In this document: positions 51,875 through 57,781 of the stretch, piece after piece | Numbering within the stretch: position 1 is the stretch's first letter | Layout: every line of letters begins with the position of its first letter | NCBI GenBank assembly: GCA_002269645.1 | Contig: NIVC01000852.1 | Location: 174,427-238,426 of the forward strand | Origin: Macrostomum lignano | Lineage: Eukaryota | Direction of reading: 5' to 3' | Length of the DNA: 64,000 nucleotides | Notes under the pieces: generated by a model | The model's database searches: none | What the model was told of the DNA's origin: nothing | What the model saw: the letters and a program-made list of their open reading frames with translations, nothing else | Program-made: the position numbers and the translations under genes

Positions 51875-54800
51875 GATTGCTGAGACTGGCCGCCGCTGCC
51901 AGCCTCAATCGACGTTTGAGCCTGAGTCTTGTCGCCAATGACTGCCCAGTTCTCCAAGTAGCTGCAATAGAGAGAAATGGATAAACCTAAATAAAATAAT
52001 GGAAGAGGAGTACTAGCACCAGCATTCACGTGCGTAAATCTTACAGGCGAGAGTAAAGAAAACAAAAAAATAAGTGAACCTTGATTTGTGATATGCCGCT
52101 GAAAGAGGGCGGATGAACAATGGCGAGAAAGAATACGACAGACGGAAGACGAAAGAAGGCGGATAAAGAAGGCGAAAGAGGCCAGAGAGAAGGCGAAAGA
52201 GACCAGAGAGAAGGCGAAAGAGACCAGAGAGAAGCCGAAAGATACCAGAGAGAAGTGAGGTACGAAGTGAGGTACGAGAGAAGCCGAAAGATACCCGAGA
52301 GAAGGCGAAAGAGACCAGAGAGAAGCTGAAAGATACCAGAGAGAAGTGAGGTACGAAGTGAGGTACGAGAGAAGCCGAAAGATACCCGAGAGAAGGCGAA
52401 AGAGACCAGAGAGAAGCCGAAAGATACCAGAGAGAAGCCGAAAGATACCAGAGAGAAGTGAGGTACGAAGTGAGGTACGAGAGAAGGCGAAAGATACCAG
52501 AGAGAAGCCGAAAGATACCAGAGAGAAGGCGAAAGAGGCCAGAGAGAAGGCGAAAGATACCAGAGAGAAGGCGAAAGATACCAGAGAGAAGCCGAAAGAT
52601 ACCAGAGAGAAGCCGAAAGATACCAGAGAGAAGTGAGGTACGAAGTGAGGTACGAGAGAAGCCGAAAGATACCCGAGAGAAGGCGAAAGAGACCAGAGAG
52701 AAGCCGAAAGATACCAGAGAGAAGCCGAAAGATACCAGAGAGAAGTGAGGTACGAAGTGAGGTACGAGAGAAGGCGAAAGATACCAGAGAGAAGCCGAAA
52801 GATACCAGAGAGAAGGCGAAAGAGGCCAGAGAGAAGGCGAAAGATACCAGAGAGAAGGCGAAAGATACCAGAGAGAAGCCGAAAGATACCAGAGAGAAGC
52901 CGAAAGATACCAGAGAGAAGCCGAAAGATACCAGAACCAGAGAGAAGGCGAAAGAGGCCAGAGAGAAGGCGAAAGAGGCCAGAGAGAAGGCGAAAGAGGC
53001 CAGAGAGAAGGCGAAAGAGGCCAGAGAGAAGGCGAAAGAGGCCAGAGAGAAGGCGAAAGAGACCAGAGAGAAGGCGAAAGAGGCCAGAGAGAAGCCGAAA
53101 GAGGCCAGAGAGAAGGCGAAAGAGGCCAGAGAGAAGGCGAAAGAGACCAGAGAGAAGGCGAAAGAGCCCAGAGAGAAGGCGAAAGAGGCCAGAGAGAAGG
53201 CGAAAGAGACCAGAGAGAAGGCGAAAGAGGCCAGAGAGAAGGCGAAAGAGGCCAGAGAGAAGGCGAAAGAGGCCAGAGAGAAGGCGAAAGAGGCCAGAGA
53301 GAAGGCGAAAGAGGCCAGAGAGAAGGCGAAAGAGGCCAGAGAGAAGGCGAAAGAGACCAGAGAGAAGGCGAAAGAGGCCAGAGAGAAGGCGAAAGAGGCC
53401 AGAGAGAAGGCGAAAGAGGCCAGAGAGAAAGAGGTCGCATCCAGCATTCAGTCAAATAACAAAAAAATCGAACCTATTCCAAGTAATGGAGCCATTTGCA
53501 TTCAAGTCCATCCCGCTGTTATCAATGGCGCCGCTATCGTCGCTGCAGAAGGCGTACAGCGGTCCGTCGCAGCCTAAATACAGACCGGACACTTGGGCAG
53601 TTGTGTACACACGAACAAAGACCTGCTGGTGCTGCTGTTGCGGTCCTCCATTAGAGCAGCAAGTTGCTCCGGCTCGACAATTCTCATTATAGGAATACAC
53701 TCTACGACTGCGAGTCAATGCAAAATAGCTGGCATCGCTGACCACTAGGCGGGTGATCTGCTCACCCTCCGGCGCGGCTAGGGTCAGGGCCAACAGGCTG
53801 GACCCGCCGCTTCCGCTGCTGGTTTTCAATCGTAGCCGATGCCGACACGATTCGGCGTGGTTGAAATGCCACACGCTGACGCTAGCGGCGCTGTACCGGA
53901 CTGTGCGATCCGAGTCGCCGCAGGCCAGCTGGTCGCCTGGCCGGATCTCGCGGGGTAGCAGCGTCATATCTGGTGTCAGCTGGAATTTTGGTGAGTTACT
54001 CTCGGTGTGACCTGCTGGCTTAGCTACCGCTCTCAGTGTGACCTGCTGGCTTAGCTACCGCTCTCAGTGTGACCTGCTGGCTTTGCTACCGCTCTCAGTG
54101 TGACCTGATGGCTTTGCTACCGCTCTCAGTGTGACCTGATGGCTTTGCTACCGCTCTCAGTGTGACCTGCTGGCTTTGCTACCGCTCTCAGTGTGACCTG
54201 ATGGCTTTGCTACCGCTCTCAGTGTGACCTGATGGCTTTGCTACCGCTCTCAGTGTGACCTGATGGCTTAGCTACCGCTCTCAGTGTGACCCGAAGCTCT
54301 GGCAGCTCACCCTTGACTCCGGCGTCAGCGGCAGCGTCACTTTGCAGGGCTCGGCGGTGGCGCTCTTCAACACGAAGGCGGCGTGCCTGGAGCCGCACAC
54401 CAGCCCGGAGACGGCGGCACCAACGCCGAGTCCACCAGCAGCCACCGGCGGCCAGCCATCAATTCTGACGGCCTCGGCGTTGCGCCCGGAGCTGGCATCC
54501 AGGACCAGAAGCCGGCGGCCGCCCCGGCAAGCCAGCACCAGCCGGTGGCCTCTCTCGTACGCCGCAATGTCGACTACATCTGGCTCGGCGATGCGCTTAG
54601 CCGGCGAGTCCAAGCTGGTGTACACTAGCACGCCTACTCCCGGCTGCAGCAGTGCCACAAAATCTGACCCGGCAACCACTTTGGAGATGCGCGGCGTTGG
54701 CGCTTGCAATCGGCGAATAAGTCGACCAGTAGCCGCGTACTGCATAAGGGTTAGCCGGTCCTCGCCTTCGCCTCCGCTATCCGCCGAGTCCACGAAATTC

Positions 54801-57781
54801 TCCGGTATAATATCGAGGCCAGAAGCTGAGCCGGGCCCGGCCGATTCGTCCACGATAGCGTCCGGCTGGACGCGGCGCAACGACGATGTCGACGAATTCG
54901 ATGAAGACAAGCCGAGACGCCTGACGGCCAGACAGTCCAGAAAGCACATGATGTGACAGGCCACCTGGCGAAGGTCCACATTTGAGGTGCCGGGCAGGCG
55001 CCAGTGCTGAATTGGCTGCCAGGCTGGCGAGCGGGCAGCGCGTCCCGTTGAGATTCCTGCAGCCGGCGGAGCAGGCCGAGCAGCGGAGCCCGGGTCAGTC
55101 TGGCCGGCTTGCCCGCTCGCCGCAAATCGGCCAGGGTCTGCACCAGGTCCAGCAGGGCGGACAGGCGGCCCTCCTGGAAGCGGAAATCGCCCGGGTGGAG
55201 GGGAGTTTGATTGGAGGGTTCGCGTGAATTATACATGCCCAACACCCGGCCGACCCGGTCGATTGGGGTAAGTCGCAAAAACGCCGACCCGAAAAATACA
55301 GACGTAGTACTAATTAGCTGACGAGATATTTAGCCTTAATAATACAGTCATAGTTACTCCTGCCGTTTACCCAAAATTACGTTAGTTTTTTCTGTTTTTT
55401 ATAGGTAAGGCGCATTTTTGGTCAAAAAGTAAGTTGCACGTCCGGGTAAAATTTTGAAGTTGGGCATGTATGGCGGGAACGAAGTCCACTTCAGACAGGT
55501 TCTTCAGAAAGGTTACTGGCTGTCTTTCACGATCTCTTCTTCATTTAATCTTCCCAGACACTGACAACTGCTCGATTCCTCCTCCCTTCCTCACAATATG
55601 GCCAACGAACTCCAACTTCTCTCTACAACAACCAGCTCTTAGCGGAACACCTTCATTCGCTGTGTGACTGGTCCAGCTCACTCTCAGGATGCGCCTCGAA
55701 AAAGCAAAACTCTATTGCCTCGATTCTTCTCTCCATGAGAATGAGCATACACTAATTTTAATCCACTAATAAAGAAAGACAATGAACCTTCAAGTATAAG
55801 CGATGAAAACGGTACACAGGCCAATAAGCGTCCCTGGGTCACTTGCGTCGCCCCATAGTCGTTCCAGATAACACAGGTAAAATAGGAAACAAGTGACTAT
55901 AGACGATTCTAAAACGATGAGATGAAACGATGAGATTTTACAGCTCAAGTAATGCGTTCGTGACTCATAATAATAAAAAAATATAATTTATTACAGCTGT
56001 CCCAATGGGCAGATGTGCAACCGCATTGGGCGGAGCATCCGAAGGCTGCGTACGGCTGTTCAGTCCAAGGACTGGGGGTCACCACACACCCTCAATTGCC
56101 CCAGCTAAAGCTGGCACCCATTTTACAGCTGGGTGAACTGAAGCAATGCAGAGTTGTTTGCAATGACTCTTTAGCGATTCTTGTCACGGTAACGCTTTCA
56201 ACGGGATTAAAGGTCATCCAGAGTTACACAAAGGTTATTCAGTGCACACAAAAATAGGTCATTGCGATGAGCATAAACAGGTCAATCAGTGCAAACAAAA
56301 CTCAATTCATTCGGTGCACAAAACAAAATGATTATTAGACTATAAAAAGGTCATCTCTCACCTGAAAGTGCAGATGCACCAATAGCGCCAGGCAGACTCG
56401 GCGCACCCCGATCGGCGCCTCCCCGGCGCAGGCGGTGTCGCGCAGGAAAGCGGCGCCGCGTTCGAAAATACAAATCCAGGGCGACTGCGATTGGTCGGCA
56501 GGCGAGGCGCCAATTGAGGCGAGGCCTCTGCCCAGGGGCAGCTGTTCAACTTGGCGCAGCATGTCGTCTAGCAGCTCCTGGCACATCGCCAAATCGGCGC
56601 CAGAATCTTCGTGGCCAGCAGCCGGGCCGGAGGAGCGCCAGGCGCGGCGAAGGAAAGCGAATGCGAACGAGGCGCCGCAGTTGGCGAACACTTCGCCTAG
56701 AGAGCGCGCCGGCGGCTGCGCGGGCGGCAGGGCCGGAGCGGACGACACGGACGAAGGCAGCTCCGCCGGTAGCAGGTCGACGAATGCCGACGAATTGTCG
56801 CCGATGCCGTTGCAGGCTTCTTCGTCAACGCCTCTTCCGTCGATGGCGCCGGTCGTGGCGGAGTCTTCAGCTACGGGATGGCCGTCGCAGCAGGCGAGGA
56901 TCTCGGCGTGTCGAGACAGCAGCTGGCGCAGCAGGCGGTCGCAGTAGGTGCTCGAGGCGCCGATGCTGGTGCGGAATTGATGCAGCAATTTCTGCGAACT
57001 TATTACACTATAACTGACTGATGGGAGATTCTCTGACTGATGGGAGATTCTCTGACTGATGGGAGATTCTCTAACTGACTGATGGGAGATTCTCTAACTG
57101 ACTGATGGGAGATTCTCTGACTGATGGGAGATTCTCTAACTGACTGATGGGAGATTCTCTAACTGACTGATGTGAGATTCTCTGGTTGACTAATGGGAGA
57201 TTCTCTAACTGACTGATGGGAGATTCTCTGGCTGACTGATGGGAGATTCTCTGGCTGACTGATGGGAGATTCTCTGGCTGACTGACTGGAGATTCTTTCA
57301 ATTGGTTCAAAAAATTCATCGAATCTTGAAGACAGCTTATTTATCCTACCTTTTAAAAGATAGTTTTATGATCTAAGAAGACCGACTTCTAGACAATTTT
57401 ACATCCTAATCTGTTTGATTTGCGCCATAAATTCGCTCACCGATGCCCGATTCGTCCAACCACCTGGCGAAGCTCGTCCGCCCGGCGCCTGCAAAACTGA
57501 GCATTTCGTTCTGGCCGACCAATCGACCACAGCGCGGCTGGATGAGGCAGGGCCAGTCCAGCATCCTGGCATTGAGCCAATGCAGCTATACCAGCGCTAC
57601 CCTGTTTAGCATCAGCTTCATCGACTAGCAACTCTCTAGTCAAAAGCTGTTCAATATGAGCTCCCCCGATACCAAAGCTGTCATCAGCATTGCCAGAGCT
57701 GTTTTGACGCAGCCGAAGATAGGCCTGACTATCTGGCGAGGCTAGCCACTGATTCCAAGCAGCATCATCAGCTGACAGCAT
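13636..57781 (-). CDS. HERC2: HERC2 giant HECT/RCC1-like E3 ubiquitin ligase, 30 coding exons, about 5,130 aa; one apparent frameshift in exon 3
   Basis: Domains are collinear with human HERC2: [11 protein letters not shown], cyt-b5-like, MIB-HERC2 ([16 protein letters not shown]), UBA, CPH, ZZ, DOC, RLD2, RLD3, HECT ([15 protein letters not shown]...[10 protein letters not shown]). Exon phases are consistent at the junctions checked, apart from an ambiguous exon 1/2 junction and the internal shift in exon 3. Summed exon length is 15,395 nt. Confidence 0.97.
14112..14895. repeat. 14-bp ATGTCACTCTCATT repeat grading into a 30-bp unit
   Basis: HERC2 intron 29. Confidence 0.93.
15054..15829 (-). 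CDS. HERC2: HERC2 coding exon 29 (HECT, catalytic Cys)
   Basis: [11 protein letters not shown]...[23 protein letters not shown]...[13 protein letters not shown]. Confidence 0.97.
16188..16437 (-). CDS. HERC2: HERC2 coding exon 28 (HECT start)
   Basis: [25 protein letters not shown]. Confidence 0.95.
16541..16665 (-). CDS. HERC2: HERC2 coding exon 27
   Basis: [26 protein letters not shown]; too short for the ORF track, read manually. Confidence 0.93.
16703..16965 (-). mobile_element. tRNA-derived SINE, copy 1 (B box deleted)
   Basis: The minus strand begins GCCTAGTGGTTAGAG (A box), has a TGTGTCCTTGAGCAAGACACTTAAC block and an (ATT)n tail, and is similar to copies 2 and 3. Confidence 0.75.
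17150..17736 (-). CDS. HERC2: HERC2 coding exon 26 (RLD3 end)
   Basis: PMKIDSLTG...[10 protein letters not shown]...[11 protein letters not shown]...[12 protein letters not shown]. Confidence 0.96.
19530..19910. repeat. About 36-bp minisatellite TTTGGTCATTAATCCTCCCAGCTAGGTCATAGACTA
   Basis: HERC2 intron 25. Confidence 0.9.
19929..20127 (-). CDS. HERC2: HERC2 coding exon 25 (RLD3)
   Basis: GRYGRLGH...[11 protein letters not shown]...[15 protein letters not shown]. Confidence 0.96.
20260..20958. repeat. 15-bp minisatellite TTTCAGTTCCGGGGA
   Basis: HERC2 intron 24. Confidence 0.93.
21005..21559 (-). CDS. HERC2: HERC2 coding exon 24 (RLD3)
   Basis: [13 protein letters not shown]...[14 protein letters not shown]. 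Confidence 0.96.
21645..22265. repeat. 20-bp minisatellite CATCTCCCCAACTGCTATCA
   Basis: HERC2 intron 23. Confidence 0.95.
22872..23760 (+). repeat. About 24-bp G-rich minisatellite GGGGAGGGTGGCAGCTGAAGGATC
   Basis: HERC2 intron 23; reverse complement of the 47420-48350 array. Confidence 0.95.
23864..24223 (-). CDS. HERC2: HERC2 coding exon 23
   Basis: RQYDFEE...GKQLMHSPF...KWAWFRRYC. Confidence 0.95.
24280..25072. repeat. About 26-bp degenerate minisatellite GGGATTCCCCATCATATCAGCAGAA
   Basis: HERC2 intron 22. Confidence 0.9.
25136..26752 (-). CDS. HERC2: HERC2 coding exon 22 (RLD2 end and linker)
   Basis: [15 protein letters not shown]...[16 protein letters not shown]...[11 protein letters not shown]. 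Confidence 0.96.
26798..27094 (-). mobile_element. tRNA-derived SINE, copy 2 (near full length)
   Basis: TAGCCTAGTGCTTAGAGCGTCGGACTCGCGAC...GGTTCG...GATCCCC head, GTCCTTGAGCAAGACACTTAAC block, (ATT)n tail. Confidence 0.8.
27129..27488 (-). CDS. HERC2: HERC2 coding exon 21 (RLD2)
   Basis: [11 protein letters not shown]...[17 protein letters not shown]...[12 protein letters not shown]. Confidence 0.96.
27612..28085. repeat. 16-18-bp minisatellite GAGAATAGACAAGGCGGT
   Basis: HERC2 intron 20. Confidence 0.9.
28209..28412 (-). CDS. HERC2: HERC2 coding exon 20 (RLD2)
   Basis: [10 protein letters not shown]...[10 protein letters not shown]...[13 protein letters not shown], read manually. Confidence 0.95.
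28500..29210. repeat. Degenerate array with a conserved TTCGATACATATCGG core, on both sides of exon 19
   Basis: About 10 cores at roughly 40-48 bp spacing with variable AT-rich spacers. Confidence 0.8.
28819..28941 (-). CDS. HERC2: HERC2 coding exon 19 (RLD2)
   Basis: [36 protein letters not shown]. Confidence 0.95.
29251..29679 (-). CDS. HERC2: HERC2 coding exon 18 (RLD2 start)
   Basis: VHGLRILG...[23 protein letters not shown]. Confidence 0.95.
29733..30280. repeat. About 21-bp minisatellite TATCACGTGACTTTCTAGAGT
   Basis: HERC2 intron 17; about 19 CACGTG counted. Confidence 0.93.
30363..30596 (-). CDS. HERC2: HERC2 coding exon 17 (DOC domain)
   Basis: [18 protein letters not shown]...[14 protein letters not shown]. 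Confidence 0.88.
30865..31495. repeat. 20-bp minisatellite GTGACTCTGGGGTGACGCAA
   Basis: HERC2 intron 16. Confidence 0.96.
31755..32090 (-). CDS. HERC2: HERC2 coding exon 16 (DOC domain start)
   Basis: [12 protein letters not shown]...CWRS...HWIRLEM. Confidence 0.9.
32140..32836. repeat. 54-bp minisatellite (contains ACCGGAAGTG)
   Basis: About 13 copies; starts at the exon 15 donor site. Confidence 0.96.
32839..33189 (-). CDS. HERC2: HERC2 coding exon 15 (ZZ zinc finger)
   Basis: PRYRWGSVT...[33 protein letters not shown]...HQPGH. Confidence 0.95.
33245..35125. repeat. 33-bp minisatellite GGGAGGGGCGGCCCCATTAAAGCATCGGAGTGA with about 600-680 bp higher-order blocks
   Basis: Fills HERC2 intron 14; the lines at 33241 and 33841 are nearly identical. 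Confidence 0.96.
35138..37303 (-). CDS. HERC2: HERC2 coding exon 14 (UBA and CPH domains)
   Basis: [14 protein letters not shown]...VVEWLIEN; [19 protein letters not shown]...[11 protein letters not shown]. Confidence 0.93.
37475..38030. repeat. 22-bp minisatellite AGAATCTCACCCCAGATACCAT
   Basis: HERC2 intron 13. Confidence 0.92.
38158..38877 (-). CDS. HERC2: HERC2 coding exon 13 (MIB-HERC2 second half plus acidic insert)
   Basis: [36 protein letters not shown]. Confidence 0.93.
38955..40090. repeat. 35-bp minisatellite GGGAAGCTGGATTCCCACTGAGTCATTCGGTCATA
   Basis: HERC2 intron 12; about 31 copies with a ccact to aaatt variant gradient. Confidence 0.96.
40234..40453 (-). CDS. HERC2: HERC2 coding exon 12 (MIB-HERC2 domain, first half)
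   Basis: [25 protein letters not shown]; the acceptor position is uncertain. Confidence 0.9.
40460..40903. repeat. (GACA)n microsatellite forming almost all of intron 11
   Basis: Read directly. Confidence 0.97.
40910..41265 (-). CDS. HERC2: HERC2 coding exon 11
   Basis: VRCFLLHCW...FGQLPSAGW...[18 protein letters not shown]. This frame is absent from the ORF track and was read manually. Confidence 0.85.
41310..44066. repeat. 26-bp minisatellite GGGGGACTAAGACCCGATTCTTAAAC (about 2.75 kb)
   Basis: HERC2 intron 10; the largest array, about 105 copies. Confidence 0.97.
44097..44294 (-). CDS. HERC2: HERC2 coding exon 10
   Basis: [18 protein letters not shown]...VRVGVL; ccttgcag| acceptor, TCG|GTGCGT donor. 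Confidence 0.8.
44330..45490. repeat. 37-bp minisatellite TGTCAGATACTGGCACTCCCTGACCGTCAGACCCCAA
   Basis: Fills HERC2 intron 9. Confidence 0.96.
45526..46018 (-). CDS. HERC2: HERC2 coding exon 9
   Basis: [17 protein letters not shown]...RCLFLLENF; phases match. Confidence 0.85.
46140..46910. repeat. About 20-bp degenerate TTTTCTTGGAATCTACCTAT repeat
   Basis: HERC2 intron 8. Confidence 0.85.
47420..48350 (-). repeat. About 24-bp minisatellite, inverted relative to 22872-23760
   Basis: CCCTCCCCGATCCTTCAGCTGCCA units in HERC2 intron 8. Confidence 0.95.
48380..49089 (-). CDS. HERC2: HERC2 coding exon 8 (cytochrome b5-like domain)
   Basis: [10 protein letters not shown]...GRDATEAF...CYIGEY...LPPDHPV. 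Confidence 0.92.
49230..49670. repeat. Degenerate A-rich repeat (acctaaaagtaca)
   Basis: Recurring motif in HERC2 intron 7. Confidence 0.6.
49696..50230 (-). CDS. HERC2: HERC2 coding exon 7
   Basis: [15 protein letters not shown]...[11 protein letters not shown]...[11 protein letters not shown]; donor TGG|GTGAGC. Confidence 0.9.
50395..50765. repeat. About 20-bp GGGGCGCCAGCTACAGAGGA repeat
   Basis: HERC2 intron 6. Confidence 0.88.
50937..51299 (-). CDS. HERC2: HERC2 coding exon 6
   Basis: [23 protein letters not shown]...[11 protein letters not shown]. Confidence 0.92.
51365..51470. repeat. 16-bp CACCTCACTCCGCACC repeat
   Basis: HERC2 intron 5. Confidence 0.8.
51536..51961 (-). CDS. HERC2: HERC2 coding exon 5 (polyQ insert)
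   Basis: YLENW...APYCVELT...[17 protein letters not shown]; phases match both neighbours. Confidence 0.88.
52165..53430. repeat. 21-bp minisatellite AGAGAGAAGGCGAAAGAGGCC
   Basis: HERC2 intron 4. Confidence 0.95.
53474..53979 (-). CDS. HERC2: HERC2 coding exon 4 (degenerate RLD1)
   Basis: Acceptor aaattccag|, [10 protein letters not shown]...[13 protein letters not shown], donor AG|GTTCGA (phase 2). Confidence 0.78.
54003..54292. repeat. 31-bp minisatellite CTCTCAGTGTGACCTGATGGCTTTGCTACCG
   Basis: Fills HERC2 intron 3. Confidence 0.95.
54311..55173 (-). CDS. HERC2: HERC2 coding exon 3 (frameshift between about 55010 and 55056; start of degenerate RLD1)
   Basis: EGRLSALL...[11 protein letters not shown] is in one frame and [21 protein letters not shown] in another. 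The exon is 863 nt between two phase-0 splice sites. Confidence 0.8.
55968..56155 (-). mobile_element. SINE copy 3 (5'-truncated)
   Basis: Shares gaaggctgcgtacggctgttcagtccaaggactggggg...gctggcacccattttacagctgggtgaactgaagcaatgcagagtt with the other copies. Confidence 0.75.
56362..56991 (-). CDS. HERC2: HERC2 coding exon 2
   Basis: [13 protein letters not shown]...[11 protein letters not shown] matches the HERC2 N-terminal motif; donor CAG|GTGAGA. Confidence 0.9.
57015..57297. repeat. 19/23-bp minisatellite GACTGATGGGAGATTCTCT(AACT)
   Basis: HERC2 intron 1. Confidence 0.92.
57464..57781 (-). CDS. HERC2: HERC2 coding exon 1 (tentative N-terminus)
   Basis: ATG at 57781, [12 protein letters not shown]...DELRQ. 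Donor CAG|GTGGTT (57464) gives an in-frame join to exon 2; an alternative donor CG|GTGAGC lies at 57441. Sequence similarity is weak. Confidence 0.55.

Noticed and set aside
52013-53692. Coiled-coil-like ORFs (REKAKEA)n and their antisense ORFs
   Set aside because: A 21-bp intronic minisatellite inside HERC2 intron 4, open in most frames, with no splice or start context.
13636-57781. HERC2 as a decayed pseudogene
   Set aside because: There is only one lesion in about 15.4 kb of coding sequence, and all splice sites and the catalytic Cys are intact. An error or very recent mutation is more likely.
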